The position numbers and the translations under genes are program-made. A model generated the notes under the pieces. It did not search any database, was not told the origin of the DNA, and saw only the letters and a program-made list of their open reading frames with translations. From NCBI GenBank assembly GCA_964016885.1, contig OZ024743.1, positions 140,492,001-140,556,000 on the forward strand: 64,000 bases of DNA. Direction: 5' to 3'. Shown here piece by piece: positions 35,312-49,100 of this stretch. This DNA comes from Eledone cirrhosa. Its lineage: Eukaryota. Position 1 is the stretch's first letter, and each line of letters opens with the position of its first letter.

Positions 35312-38300
35312 TGGTGCTTGGTGTTTGGTGCCTGGTGCTTGGTGCTTGGTGCTTGGTGTTTGGTGTTTGGTGCTTGGTGCTGGAGTTTGGTGTTTGGTGC
35401 TTGGTGCTTGGTATTTCGTGTTTCGTGTTTGGTTTTTGGTGCTTGGTGCTTGGTGCTTGGTCCTTGGTGTTTGGTGCTGGGTGCTTGGTGTTTGGTGCTT
35501 GGTGCTTGGTCTTTGGTGCTTTGTGTTTGGTGCTTGGTGCTTGGTGTTTGGTGCTTGGTGCTTGGTGTTTGGTGCTTGGTGCTTGGTGTTTGGTTTTTGG
35601 TGCTTGGTGTTTGGTGTTTGGTGTTTGGTGCTTGCTGCTGGCTGCTTGGTGTTTGATGCATGGTGATTTGTGCTTGGTGTTTGGTGCTTGGTGTTTGGTG
35701 TTTGATGCTTGGTGCTTGGTGTTTGGTGTTTGATGCTTGGTGCTTGGTGCTTGGTGCTTGGTGCTTGGTGTTTGGTGCTTGGTGTTTGGTGTTTGGTGCT
35801 TGGTGATTGGTGTTTCTACTTGGTGCTTGGTGCTTGGTTCTTGGTATTTGGTGCTTGGTGCTTGGTGTTTGGTGTTATATGCTTGGTGTTTGATGCTTGG
35901 TGCTTGGTGCTTGGTGTTTGGTGTTTGTACTTGGTGCTTGGTGCTTGGTGCTTGGTGTTTGGTGCTTGGTATTTGGTGCTTGGTGCTTGGTGCTTGGTCC
36001 TTGGTGCTTGGTGTTTGGTGGTTGGTGTTTGGTGGTTGGTGTTAGGTGTTTGGTGCTTGGTGCTTGGTGTTTGGTGTTTGGTGCTTGGTGTTTGGTGTTT
36101 GGTGCTTGGTGTTTGGTGCTTGGTACTTGGTGCTTGGTGCTTGGTGTTAGGTGTTTGGTGCTTGGTGTTTGGTGCTTGGTGTTTGGTGCTTGGTGCTTGG
36201 TGCTTGGTGTTTGGTGGTTGGTGTTTGGTGCTTGGTGTTTGGTGCTTGGTGTTACGTGTTTGGTGCTTGGTGCTTGGTGTTTGGTGCTTGGTGTTTGGTG
36301 CTTTTTGCTTGGTGCTTGCTGCTTGGTATTTGGTGCTGGGTGCTTGGTGCTTGGTGTTTGGTGTTATATGCATGGTGTTTGATGCTTGGTGCTTGGTGCT
36401 TGGTGTTTGGTGTTTGGTGCTTGGTGTTTGATGCTTGGTGCTTGGTGCTTGGTGTTTGGTGTTTGGTGCTGGGTGCTTGGTGCTTGGTGCTTGGTGTTTG
36501 GTGCTTGGTGTTTGGTGCTTGGTGTTTGGTGCTTGGTGCTTGGTGCTTGGTGCTTGGTGTTTGGTGTTTGGTGCTTGGTGTTTGGTGCTTGGTACTTGGT
36601 GCTTGGTGCTTGGTGTTAGGTGTTTGGTGCTTGGTGCTTGGTGTCTGGTTTTTGGTGCTTGGTGCTTGGTGTTTGGTGCTTGCTGCTGGCTGCTTGGTGT
36701 TTGGTGCTTGGTGATTGGTGTTGGTGTTTGGTGTTTGGTGCTAGGTGTTTGGTGTTTGGTGCTTGGTGCTTGGTGTTTGGTGCTTGGTGCTTGGTGTTTG
36801 GTGCTTGGTGTTTGGTGCTTGGTGTTTGGTGCTTGGTGCTTGGTGCTTGGTGTTTGGTGCTTGGTGTTTGGTGCTTGGTGTTAGGTGTTTGGTGCTTGGT
36901 GCTTGGTGTTTGGTGTTTGGTGCTTGGTGTTTGGTGTTTGGTGTTATATGCTTGGTGTTTGATGCTTGGTGCTTGGTGCTTGGTGTTTGGTGCTTGGTGT
37001 TTGATGCTTGGTGCTTGGTGCTTGGTGTTTGGTGCTTGGTGCTTGGTGTTTGTACTTGGTGCTTGGTGCTTGGTTCTTGGTGTTTGGTTCTTGGTGTTTG
37101 GTGTTTGGTGCTTGGTGTTTGGTGTTTGGTGTTATATGCTTGGTGTTTGATGCTTGGTGCTTGGTGCTTGGTGTTTGGTGCTTGGTGTTTGATGCTTGGT
37201 GCTTGGTGCTTGGTGTTTGGTGCTTGGTGCTTGGTGTTTGTACTTGGTGCTTGGTGCTTGGCTCTTGGTGTTTGGTGCTTGGTGCTTGGTGTTTGGTGCT
37301 TGGTGCTTGGTGTTTGGTGCTTGGTGTTTGGTGCTTGGTGTTTGGTGCTTGGTGCTTGGTGCTTAGTGCTTGGTGTTTGGTGCTTGGTGTTAGGTGTTTG
37401 GTGCTTGGTGCTTGGTGTTTGGTGTTTGGTGCTTGGTGTTTGGTGCTTGGTGTTTGGTGTTAGGTGTTTGGTGCTTGGTGTTTGGTGTTTGGTTCTTGGT
37501 GTTTGGTGCTTGGTGTTTGGTGCTTGGTGTTTGGTGCTTGGTACTTGGTGCTTGGTGCTTCGTGTTAGGTGTTTGGTGCTTGGTGCTTGGTGTTTGGTTT
37601 TTGGTGCTTGGTGCTTGGTGTTTGGTGTTTGGTGCTTGCTGCTGGCTGCTTGGTGTTTGATGCTTGGTGATTGGTGCTTGGTGTTTTGTGCTTGGTGTTT
37701 GGTGTTTGGTGCTAGGTGCTTGGTGTTTGGTGCTTGGTGCTTGGTGCTTGGTGTTTGGTGTTTGGTTTTAGGTGCTTGGTGCTTGGTGTTTGGTGCTTGG
37801 TGCTGGGTGGTTGGTGTTTAGTGCTTGGTGTTTGGTGCTGGGTGCTTGGTGTTTGGTGCTTGGTGCTTGGTCTTTGGTGCTTGGTGTTTGGTGTTTGGTG
37901 CTTGGTGCTTGGTGCTTGGTGTTTGGTGCTTGGTGCTTGGTGTTTGGTGCTTGGTGCTTAGTGTTTGGTGCTTGGTGTTTGGTGTTTGCTGTTTGCTGTT
38001 TGGTGTCTGTTGTTTGGTGTTTGTTGTTTGGTGTTTGCTGTTTGGTGTTTGGTGTTTGCTTTTTGGTGTTTGGTGTTTGCTGTATGTTGTTTGGTGTTTG
38101 GTGTTTGGTGTTTGGTGTTTGGTGCTTGTTGCTTGGTGTTTGCTGCTTGGTGCTTGGTGTTTGGTGCCTGGTGCTTGGTGCTTGGTGCTTGGTGTTTGGT
38201 GTTTGGTGCTTGGTGCTTGGAGTTTGGTGTTTGGTGCTTGGTGCTTGGTGTTTCGTGTTTCGTGTTTCGTGTTTGGTTTTTGGTGCCTGGTGCTTGGTGC

Positions 38301-41300
38301 TTGGTCCTTGGTGTTTGGTGCTGGGTGCATTGTGTTTGGTGCTTGGTGTTTGGTGCTTGGTGTTTGGTGTTTGCTGCTTGGTGTTTGATGCTTGGTGCTT
38401 GGTGGTTGGTGTTTTGTGTTTGGTGCTTGGTGCTTGGTGTTTGGTGCTTGGTGCTTGGTGCTTGGTGTTTGTACTTGGTGTTTGGCGTTTGGTGTTTGGT
38501 GCTTGGTGCTTGGTGTTTGGTGCTTGGTGCTTCGTGTTTGGTGCCTGGTGCTTGGTGCTTGGTGCTTGGTGTTTGGTGTTTGGTGCTTGGTGCTTGGTGC
38601 TTGGAGTTTGGTGTTTGGTGCTTGGTGCTTTGTATTTTGTGTTTGGTGTTTGGTTTTTGGTGCTTGGTGCTTGGTCCTTGGTGTTTGGTGCTGGGTGCTT
38701 TGTGTTTTGTGCTTGGTGCTTGGTGTTTGGTGTTTGCTGCTTGGTGTTTGATGCTTGGTGCTTGGTGCTTGGTGTTTTATTTTTGGTGCTTGGTTCTTGG
38801 TGTTTGGTGCTTGGTGCTTGGTACTTGGTGTTTGTACTTGGTGCTTGGTGCTTGGTGTTTGGTTCTTGGTTCTTGGTGTTTGGTACTTGGTGCTTGGTGC
38901 TTGATGTTTGGTGTTTGGTGCTTGGTGTTTGGTGCTTGGTACTTGGTGCTTGGTGCTTGGTGTTAGGTGTTTGGTGCTTGGTGCTTGGTGTTTGGTTTTT
39001 GGTGCTTGGTGCTTGGTGTTTGGTGTTTGGTGCTTGCTGCTGGCTGCTTGGTGTTTGATGCTTGGTGATTGGTGCTTGGTGTTTTGTGCTTGGTGTTTTG
39101 TGTTTGGTGCTAGGTGCTTGGTGTTTGGTGCTTGGTGCTTGGTGCTTGGTGTTTGGTGTTTGGTGTTAGGTGCTTGATGCTTGGTGTTTGGTGCTTGGTG
39201 CTGGGTGGTTGGTGTTTAGTGCTTGGTGTTTGGTGCTGGGTGCTTGGTGTTTGGTGCTTGGTGCTTGGTCTTTGGTGCTTGGTGTTTGGTGTTTGGTGCT
39301 TGGTGCTTGGTGCTTGGTGTTTGGTGCTTGGTGCTTGGTGTTTGGTGCTTGGTGCTTAGTGTTTGGTGCTTGGTGCTTAGTGTTTGGTGCTAGGTGCTTG
39401 GTGTTTGGTGCTTGGTGCTTGGTGTGTGGTGCCTGGTGCTTGGTGTTTGGTGTTTGGTGTTTGGTGCTTGGTGCTTGGTGTTTGGTGTTTGCTGTTTGCT
39501 GTTTGGTGTTTGTTGTTTGGTGTTTGTTGTTTGGTGTTTGCTGTTTGGTGTTTGGTGTTTGCTTTTTGGTGTTTGGTGTTTGCTGTATGTTGTTTGCTGT
39601 TTGGTGTTTGGTGTTTGGTGTTTGGTGCTTGGTGCTTGGTGTTTGGTGCTTGGTGCTTGGTGTTTGGTGCCTGGTGCTTGGTGCTTGGTGCTTGGTGTTT
39701 GGTGTTTGGTGCTTGGTGCTTGGAGTTTGGTGTTTGGTGCTTGGTGCTTGGTGTTTCGTGTTTCGTGTTTGGTTTTTGGTGCTTGGTGCTTGGTGCTTGG
39801 TCCTTGGTGTTTGGTGCTGGGTGCATTGTGTTTGGTGCTTGGTGCTTGGTGCTTGGTGTTTGGTGTTTGCTGCTTGGTGTTTGATGCTTGGTGCTTGGTG
39901 CTTGGTGTTTTGTGTTTGGTGCTTGGTGCTTGGTGTTTGGTGCTTGGTGCTTGGTGCTTGGTGTTTGTACTTGGTGCTTGGTGCTTGGTTCTTGGTTCTT
40001 GGTGTTTGGTGTTTGGCGTTTGGTGTTTGGTGCTTGGTGCTTGGTGTTTGGTGCTTGGTGCTTGGTGTTTGGTGCCTGGTGCTTGGTGCTTGGTGCTTGG
40101 TGTTTGGTGTTTGGTGCTTGGTGCTTGGTGCTTGGAGTTTGGTGTTTGGTGCTTGGTGCTTCGTGTTTTGTGTTTGGTGTTTGGTTTTTGGTGCTTGGTG
40201 CTTTTGTCCTTGGTGTTTGGTGCTGGGTGCTTTGTGTTTGGTGCTTGGTGCTTGGTGTTTGGTGTTTGCTGCTTGGTATTTGATGCTTGGTGCTTGGTGC
40301 TTGGTGTTTTGTGTTTGGTGCTTGGTGTTTGTACTTGGTGGTTGGTGCTTGGTGTTTGGTTCTTGGTTCTTGGTGTTTGGTACTTGGTGCTTGGTGCTTG
40401 ATGTTTGGTCTTTGGTGCTTGGTGTTTGGTGCTTGGTGCTTGGTGCTTGGTGTTAGGTGTTTGGTGCTTGGTGTTTGGTGTTTGGTGCTTGGTGTTTGGT
40501 GTTTGCTGTTTGGTGTTTGGTGTTTGGTGTTTGGTGTTTGCTGTTTGGTGTCTGCTTTTTGGTGTTCAGTGTTTGCTGTATGGTGTTTGGTGTTTGCTGT
40601 TTGGTGTTTGGTCTTTGGTGCTTGGTGTTTGGTGCTTGGTGCTTGGTGTTTGGTGTTTGGTGTTTGGTGCTTGGTGTTTGGTGTTTGGTGCTTGGTGTTT
40701 GGTGTTTGGTGCTTGGTGTCTGGTGCTTGGTGTTTGGTGCCTGGTGCTTGGTGCTTGGTGCTTGGTGTTTGGTGTTTGGTGCTTGGTGCTGGAGTTTGGT
40801 GTTTGGTGCTTGGTGCTTGGTATTTCGTGTTTCGTGTTTGGTTTTTGGTGCTTGGTGCTTGGTGCTTGGTCCTTGGTGTTTGGTGCTGGGTGCTTGGTGT
40901 TTGGTGCTTGGTGCTTGGTCTTTGGTGCTTTGTGTTTGGTGCTTGGTGCTTGGTGTTTGGTGCTTGGTGCTTGGTGTTTGGTGCTTGGTGCTTGGTGTTT
41001 GGTTTTTGGTGCTTGGTGTTTGGTGTTTGGTGTTTGGTGCTTGCTGCTGGCTGCTTGGTGTTTGATGCATGGTGATTTGTGCTTGGTGTTTGGTGCTTGG
41101 TGTTTGGTGTTTGATGCTTGGTGCTTGGTGTTTGGTGTTTGATGCTTGGTGCTTGGTGCTTGGTGCTTGGTGCTTGGTGTTTGGTGCTTGGTGTTTGGTG
41201 TTTGGTGCTTGGTGATTGGTGTTTCTACTTGGTGCTTGGTGCTTGGTTCTTGGTATTTGGTGCTTGGTGCTTGGTGTTTGGTGTTATATGCTTGGTGTTT

Positions 41301-44300
41301 GATGCTTGGTGCTTGGTGCTTGGTGTTTGGTGTTTGGTGTTTGATGCTTGGTGCTTGGTGTTTGGTGCTTGGTGTTTGTACTTGGTGCTTGGTGCTTGGT
41401 GCTTGGTGTTTGGTGCTTGGTATTCGGTGCTTGGTGCTTGGTGCTTGGTCCTTGGTGCTTGGTGTTTGGTGGTTGGTGTTTGGTGGTTGGTGTTAGGTAT
41501 TTGGTGCTTGGTGCTTGGTGTTTGGTGTTTGGTGCTTGGTGTTTGGTGTTTGGTGCTTGGTGTTTGGTGCTTGGTACTTGGTGCTTGGTGCTTGGTGTTA
41601 GGTGTTTGGTGCTTGGTGTTTGGTGCTTGGTGTTTGGTGCTTGGTGCTTGGTGCTTGGTGTTTGGTGGTTGGTGTTTGGTGCTTGGTGTTTGGTGCTTGG
41701 TGTTACGTGTTTGGTGCTTGGTGCTTGGTGTTTGGTGCTTGGTGTTTGGTGCTTTTTGCTTGGTGCTTGCTGCTTGGTATTTGGTGCTGGGTGCTTGGTG
41801 CTTGGTGTTTGGTGTTATATGCATGGTGTTTGATGCTTGGTGCTTGGTGCTTGGTGTTTGGTGTTTGGTGCTTGGTGTTTGATGCTTGGTGCTTGGTGCT
41901 TGGTGTTTGGTGTTTGGTGCTGGGTGCTTGGTGCTTGGTGCTTGGTGTTTGGTGCTTGGTGTTTGGTGCTTGGTGTTTGGTGCTTGGTGCTTGGTGCTTG
42001 GTGCTTGGTGTTTGGTGTTTGGTGCTTGGTGTTTGGTGCTTGGTACTTGGTGCTTGGTGCTTGGTGTTAGGTGTTTGGTGCTTGGTGCTTGGTGTCTGGT
42101 TTTTGGTGCTTGGTGCTTGGTGTTTGGTGCTTGCTGCTGGCTGCTTGGTGTTTGGTGCTTGGTGATTGGTGTTGGTGTTTGGTGTTTGGTGCTAGGTGTT
42201 TGGTGTTTGGTGCTTGGTGCTTGGTGTTTGGTGCTTGGTGCTTGGTGTTTGGTGCTTGGTGTTTGGTGCTTGGTGTTTGGTGCTTGGTGCTTGGTGCTTG
42301 GTGTTTGGTGCTTGGTGTTTGGTGCTTGGTGTTAGGTGTTTGGTGCTTGGTGCTTGGTGTTTGGTGTTTGGTGCTTGGTGTTTGGTGTTTGGTGTTATAT
42401 GCTTGGTGTTTGATGCTTGGTGCTTGGTGCTTGGTGTTTGGTGCTTGGTGTTTGATGCTTGGTGCTTGGTGCTTGGTGTTTGGTGCTTGGTGCTTGGTGT
42501 TTGTACTTGGTGCTTGGTGCTTGGTTCTTGGTGTTTGGTTCTTGGTGTTTGGTGTTTGGTGCTTGGTGTTTGGTGTTTGGTGTTATATGCTTGGTGTTTG
42601 ATGCTTGGTGCTTGGTGCTTGGTGTTTGGTGCTTGGTGTTTGATGCTTGGTGCTTGGTGCTTGGTGTTTGGTGCTTGGTGCTTGGTGTTTGTACTTGGTG
42701 CTTGGTGCTTGGCTCTTGGTGTTTGGTGCTTGGTGCTTGGTGTTTGGTGCTTGGTGCTTGGTGTTTGGTGCTTGGTGTTTGGTGCTTGGTGTTTGGTGCT
42801 TGGTGCTTGGTGCTTAGTGCTTGGTGTTTGGTGCTTGGTGTTAGGTGTTTGGTGCTTGGTGCTTGGTGTTTGGTGTTTGGTGCTTGGTGTTTGGTGCTTG
42901 GTGTTTGGTGTTAGGTGTTTGGTGCTTGGTGTTTGGTGTTTGGTTCTTGGTGTTTGGTGCTTGGTGTTTGGTGCTTGGTGTTTGGTGCTTGGTACTTGGT
43001 GCTTGGTGCTTCGTGTTAGGTGTTTGGTGCTTGGTGCTTGGTGTTTGGTTTTTGGTGCTTGGTGCTTGGTGTTTGGTGTTTGGTGCTTGCTGCTGGCTGC
43101 TTGGTGTTTGATGCTTGGTGATTGGTGCTTGGTGTTTTGTGCTTGATGTTTGGTGTTTGGTGCTAGGTGCTTGGTGTTTGGTGCTTGGTGCTTGGTGCTT
43201 GGTGTTTGGTGTTTGGTTTTAGGTGCTTGGTGCTTGGTGTTTGGTGCTTGGTGCTGGGTGGTTGGTGTTTAGTGCTTGGTGTTTGGTGCTGGGTGCTTGG
43301 TGTTTGGTGCTTGGTGCTTGGTCTTTGGTGCTTGGTGTTTGGTGTTTGGTGCTTGGTGCTTGGTGCTTGGTGTTTGGTGCTTGGTGCTTGGTGTTTGGTG
43401 CTTGGTGCTTAGTGTTTGGTGCTTGGTGTTTGGTGTTTGCTGTTTGCTGTTTGGTGTCTGTTGTTTGGTGTTTGTTGTTTGGTGTTTGCTGTTTGGTGTT
43501 TGGTGTTTGCTTTTTGGTGTTTGGTGTTTGCTGTATGTTGTTTGGTGTTTGGTGTTTGGTGTTTGGTGTTTGGTGCTTGTTGCTTGGTGTTTGCTGCTTG
43601 GTGCTTGGTGTTTGGTGCCTGGTGCTTGGTGCTTGGTGCTTGGTGTTTGGTGTTTGGTGCTTGGTGCTTGGAGTTTGGTGTTTGGTGCTTGGTGCTTGGT
43701 GTTTCGTGTTTCGTGTTTCGTGTTTGGTTTTTGGTGCCTGGTGCTTGGTGCTTGGTCCTTGGTGTTTGGTGCTGGGTGCATTGTGTTTGGTGCTTGGTGT
43801 TTGGTGCTTGGTGTTTGGTGTTTGCTGCTTGGTGTTTGATGCTTGGTGCTTGGTGGTTGGTGTTTTGTGTTTGGTGCTTGGTGCTTGGTGTTTGGTGCTT
43901 GGTGCTTGGTGCTTGGTGTTTGTACTTGGTGTTTGGCGTTTGGTGTTTGGTGCTTGGTGCTTGGTGTTTGGTGCTTGGTGCTTCGTGTTTGGTGCCTGGT
44001 GCTTGGTGCTTGGTGCTTGGTGTTTGGTGTTTGGTGCTTGGTGCTTGGTGCTTGGAGTTTGGTGTTTGGTGCTTGGTGCTTTGTATTTTGTGTTTGGTGT
44101 TTGGTTTTTGGTGCTTGGTGCTTGGTCCTTGGTGTTTGGTGCTGGGTGCTTTGTGTTTTGTGCTTGGTGCTTGGTGTTTGGTGTTTGCTGCTTGGTGTTT
44201 GATGCTTGGTGCTTGGTGCTTGGTGTTTTATTTTTGGTGCTTGGTTCTTGGTGTTTGGTGCTTGGTGCTTGGTACTTGGTGTTTGTACTTGGTGCTTGGT

Positions 44301-46189
44301 GCTTGGTGTTTGGTTCTTGGTTCTTGGTGTTTGGTACTTGGTGCTTGGTGCTTGATGTTTGGTGTTTGGTGCTTGGTGTTTGGTGCTTGGTACTTGGTGC
44401 TTGGTGCTTGGTGTTAGGTGTTTGGTGCTTGGTGCTTGGTGTTTGGTTTTTGGTGCTTGGTGCTTGGTGTTTGGTGTTTGGTGCTTGCTGCTGGCTGCTT
44501 GGTGTTTGATGCTTGGTGATTGGTGCTTGGTGTTTTGTGCTTGGTGTTTTGTGTTTGGTGCTAGGTGCTTGGTGTTTGGTGCTTGGTGCTTGGTGCTTGG
44601 TGTTTGGTGTTTGGTGTTAGGTGCTTGATGCTTGGTGTTTGGTGCTTGGTGCTGGGTGGTTGGTGTTTAGTGCTTGGTGTTTGGTGCTGGGTGCTTGGTG
44701 TTTGGTGCTTGGTGCTTGGTCTTTGGTGCTTGGTGTTTGGTGTTTGGTGCTTGGTGCTTGGTGCTTGGTGTTTGGTGCTTGGTGCTTGGTGTTTGGTGCT
44801 TGGTGCTTAGTGTTTGGTGCTTGGTGCTTAGTGTTTGGTGCTAGGTGCTTGGTGTTTGGTGCTTGGTGCTTGGTGTGTGGTGCCTGGTGCTTGGTGTTTG
44901 GTGTTTGGTGTTTGGTGCTTGGTGCTTGGTGTTTGGTGTTTGCTGTTTGCTGTTTGGTGTTTGTTGTTTGGTGTTTGTTGTTTGGTGTTTGCTGTTTGGT
45001 GTTTGGTGTTTGCTTTTTGGTGTTTGGTGTTTGCTGTATGTTGTTTGCTGTTTGGTGTTTGGTGTTTGGTGTTTGGTGCTTGGTGCTTGGTGTTTGGTGC
45101 TTGGTGCTTGGTGTTTGGTGCCTGGTGCTTGGTGCTTGGTGCTTGGTGTTTGGTGTTTGGTGCTTGGTGCTTGGAGTTTGGTGTTTGGTGCTTGGTGCTT
45201 GGTGTTTCGTGTTTCGTGTTTGGTTTTTGGTGCTTGGTGCTTGGTGCTTGGTCCTTGGTGTTTGGTGCTGGGTGCATTGTGTTTGGTGCTTGGTGCTTGG
45301 TGCTTGGTGTTTGGTGTTTGCTGCTTGGTGTTTGATGCTTGGTGCTTGGTGCTTGGTGTTTTGTGTTTGGTGCTTGGTGCTTGGTGTTTGGTGCTTGGTG
45401 CTTGGTGCTTGGTGTTTGTACTTGGTGCTTGGTGCTTGGTTCTTGGTTCTTGGTGTTTGGTGTTTGGCGTTTGGTGTTTGGTGCTTGGTGCTTGGTGTTT
45501 GGTGCTTGGTGCTTGGTGTTTGGTGCCTGGTGCTTGGTGCTTGGTGCTTGGTGTTTGGTGTTTGGTGCTTGGTGCTTGGTGCTTGGAGTTTGGTGTTTGG
45601 TGCTTGGTGCTTCGTGTTTTGTGTTTGGTGTTTGGTTTTTGGTGCTTGGTGCTTTTGTCCTTGGTGTTTGGTGCTGGGTGCTTTGTGTTTGGTGCTTGGT
45701 GCTTGGTGTTTGGTGTTTGCTGCTTGGTATTTGATGCTTGGTGCTTGGTGCTTGGTGTTTTGTGTTTGGTGCTTGGTGTTTGTACTTGGTGGTTGGTGCT
45801 TGGTGTTTGGTTCTTGGTTCTTGGTGTTTGGTACTTGGTGCTTGGTGCTTGATGTTTGGTCTTTGGTGCTTGGTGTTTGGTGCTTGGTGCTTGGTGCTTG
45901 GTGTTAGGTGTTTGGTGCTTGGTGTTTGGTGTTTGGTGCTTGGTGTTTGGTGTTTGCTGTTTGGTGTTTGGTGTTTGGTGTTTGGTGTTTGCTGTTTGGT
46001 GTCTGCTTTTTGGTGTTCAGTGTTTGCTGTATGGTGTTTGGTGTTTGCTGTTTGGTGTTTGGTCTTTGGTGCTTGGTGTTTGGTGCTTGGTGCTTGGTGT
46101 TTGGTGTTTGGTGTTTGGTGCTTGGTGTTTGGTGTTTGGTGCTTGGTGTTTGGTGTTTGGTGCTTGGTGTCTGGTGCTTGGTGTTTGGT
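35312..46189. repeat. Tandem higher-order duplication, period 5451 bp (5409 before a 42-bp, 6-monomer indel)
   Basis: ORF pairs 35709/41118 (5409), then 36151/41602, 37772/43223, 39170/44621 and 40457/45908 (5451). Private variants are shared: TGGAGT 6-mer, TATATGCATGG, GGCTC, TTTTATTTTTGG and TTTTGTCC 8-mer. Few substitutions (e.g. about 41425, 41499, 43146). Confidence 0.95.
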
Positions 46190-49100
46190 TTTTGGTGCTT
46201 GGTGTTTGGTGTTTGGTGTTTGGTGTTTGGTGTTTGGTGCTTGGTGCTTGGTGTTTGGTGTTTCGTGTTTGGTGCTTGGTGTCTGGTGCTTGGTGTTTGG
46301 TGTTTGGTGCTTGGTGTTTGGTGTTTGGTGTTTGGTGCTTGGTGCTTGGTGCGTGGTGTTTGGTGTTTGGTGCTTGGTGTTTGGTGCTTGGTGCTGGGTG
46401 GTTGGTGTTTGGTGCTTGGTGTTTGGTGCTGGGTGCTTGGTGTTTGGTGCTGGGGGCTTGGTGTTTGGTGCTTGGTGCTTGGTCTTTGGTGCTTGGTGTT
46501 TGGTGCTTGGTGCTTGGTGTTTGGTGTTTGGTGCTTGGTGCTTGGTGTTTGGTGCTTCGTGCTTGGTGTTTGGTTTTTGGTGCTTGGTGCTTGGTATTTG
46601 GTGTTTGGTGCTTGCTGCTGGCTGCTTGGTGTTTGATGCCTGGTGATTGGTGCTTGGTGTTTGGTGCTTGGTGTTTGGTGTTTGATGCTTGGTGCTTGGT
46701 GTTTGGTGATTGGTGCTTGGTGCTTGGTGCTTGGTGTTGGTGTTTGGTGCTTGGTGCTTGGTGTTTGGTGCTTGGTGCTTGGTGTTTGGTTTTTGGTGCT
46801 TGGTGTTTGGTGTTTGGTGTTTGGTGCTTGCTGCTGGCTGCTTGGTGTTTGATGCATGGTGATTTGTGCTTGGTGTTTGGTGCTTGGTGTTTGGTGTTTG
46901 ATGCTTGGTGCTTGGTGTTTGGTGTTTGATGCTTGGTGCTTGGTGCTTGGTGCTTGGTGTTTGGTGCTTGGTGTTTGGTGCTTGGTGATTGGTGTTTGTA
47001 CTTGGTGCTTGGTGCTTGGTTCTTGGTGTTCTGTGCTTGGTGCTTGGTGTTTGGTGTTATATGCTTGGTGTTTGATGCTTGGTGCTTGGTGCTTGGTGTT
47101 TGGTGTTTGGTGTTTGATGCTTGGTGCTTGGTGTTTGGTGCTTGGTGCTTGGTGTTTGTACTTGGTGCTTGGTGCTTGGTGCTTGGTGTTTGGTGCTTGG
47201 TGTTTGGTGCTTGGTGCTTGGTGCTTGGTCCTTGGTGCTTGGTGTTTGGTGGTTGGTGTTTGGTGGTTGGTGTTAGGTGTTTGGTGCTTGGTGCTTGGTG
47301 TTTGGTGTTTGGTGCTTGGTGTTTGGTGTTTGGTGCTTGGTGTTTGGTGCTTGGTACTTGGTGCTTGGTGCTTGGTGTTAGGTGTTTGGTGCTTGGTGTT
47401 TGGTGCTTGGTGTTTGGTGCTTGGTGCTTGGTGCTTGGTGCTTGGTGTTTGGTGGTTGGTGTTTGGTGCTTGGTGTTTGGTGCTTGGTGTTACGTGTTTG
47501 GTGCTTGGTGCTTGGTGTTTGGTGTTTGGTGCTTGGTGTTTGGTGTTTGGTGCTTGGTGTTTGGTGCTTTTTGCTTGGTGCTTGGTGCTTGGTGTTTGGT
47601 GCTGGGTGCTTGGTGCTTGGTGTTTGGTGTTATATGCTTGGTGTTTGATGCTTGGTGCTTGGTGCTTGGTGTTGTGTGTTTGGTGCTTGGTGTTTGATGC
47701 TTGGTGCTTGGTGCTTGGTATTTGGTGCTTGGTGCTTGGTGTTTGGTGCTTGGTGCTTCGTGTTTGGTGCTTGGTGTTTGGTGCTTGGTGTTTGGTGCTT
47801 GGTGCTTGGTGCTTGGTGCTTGGTGTTTGGTGGTTGGTGCTTGGTGTTAGGTGTTTGGTGCTTGGTGCTTGGTGTTTGGTGTTTGGTGCTTGGTGTTTGG
47901 TGTTTGGTGGTTGGTGTTTGGTGCTTGGTACTTGGTGCTTGGTGTTAGGTGTTTGGTGCTTGGTGCTTGGTGTCTGGTTTTTGGTGCTTGGTGCTTGGTG
48001 TTTGGTGCTTGCTGCTGGCTGCTTGGTGTTTGGTGCTTGGTGATTGGTGCTTGGTGTTTGGTGTTTGGTGCTAGGTGCTTGGTGTTTGGTGCTTGGTGCT
48101 TGGTGTTTGTACTTGATGCTTGGTGCTTGGTTCTTGGTGTTTGGTGCTTGGTGCTTGGTGTTTGGTGCTTGGTGCTTGGTGTTTGGTGCTTGGTGTTTGG
48201 TGCTTGGTGTTTATTGCTTGGTGCTTGGTGCTTGGTGTTTGGTGCTTGGTTTTTGGTGCTTGGTGTTAGGTGTTTGGTGCTTGGTGCTTGGTGTTTGGTG
48301 TTTGGTGGTTGGTGTTTGGTGTTTGGTGTTATATGCTTGGTGTTTGATGCTTGGTGCTTGGTGCTTGGTGTTTGGTGCTTGGTGTTTGATGCTTGGTGCT
48401 TGGTGCTTGGTGTTTGGTGCTTGGTGCTTGGTGTTTGTACTTGGTGCTTGGTGCTTGGTTCTTGGTGTTTGGTGCTTGGTGTTTGGTGTTTGGTGCTTGG
48501 TGTTTGGTGTTTGGTGTTATATGCTTGGTGTTTGATGCTTGGTGCTTGGTGCTTGGTGTTTGGTGCTTGGTGTTTGATGCTTGGTGCTTGGTGCTTGGTG
48601 TTTGGTGCTTGGTGCTTGGTGTTTGTACTTGGTGCTTGGTGCTTGGTTCTTGGTGTTTGGTGCTTGGTGCTTGGTGTTTGGTGCTTGGTGCTTGGTGTTT
48701 GGTGCTTGGTGTTTGGTGCTTGGTGTTTGGTGCTTGGTGCTTGGTGCTTAGTGCTTGGTGTTTGGTGCTTGGTGTTAGGTGTTTGGTGCTTGGTGCTTGG
48801 TGTTTGGTGTTTGGTGCTTGGTGTTTGGTGCTTGGTGTTTGGTGTTAGGTGTCTGGTGCTTGGTGTTTGATGTTTGGTGCTTGGTGTTTGGTGCTTGGTG
48901 TTTGGTGCTTGGTGTTTGGTGCTTGGTACTTGGTGCTTGGTGCTTCGTGTTAGGTGTTTGGTGCTTGGTGCTTGGTGTTTGGTTTTTGGTGCTTGGTGCT
49001 TGGTGTTTGGTGTTTGTTGCTTGCTGCTGGCTGCTTGGTCTTTGATGCTTGGTGATTGGTGCTTGGTGTTTTGTGCTTGGTGTTTGGTGTTTGGTGCTAG

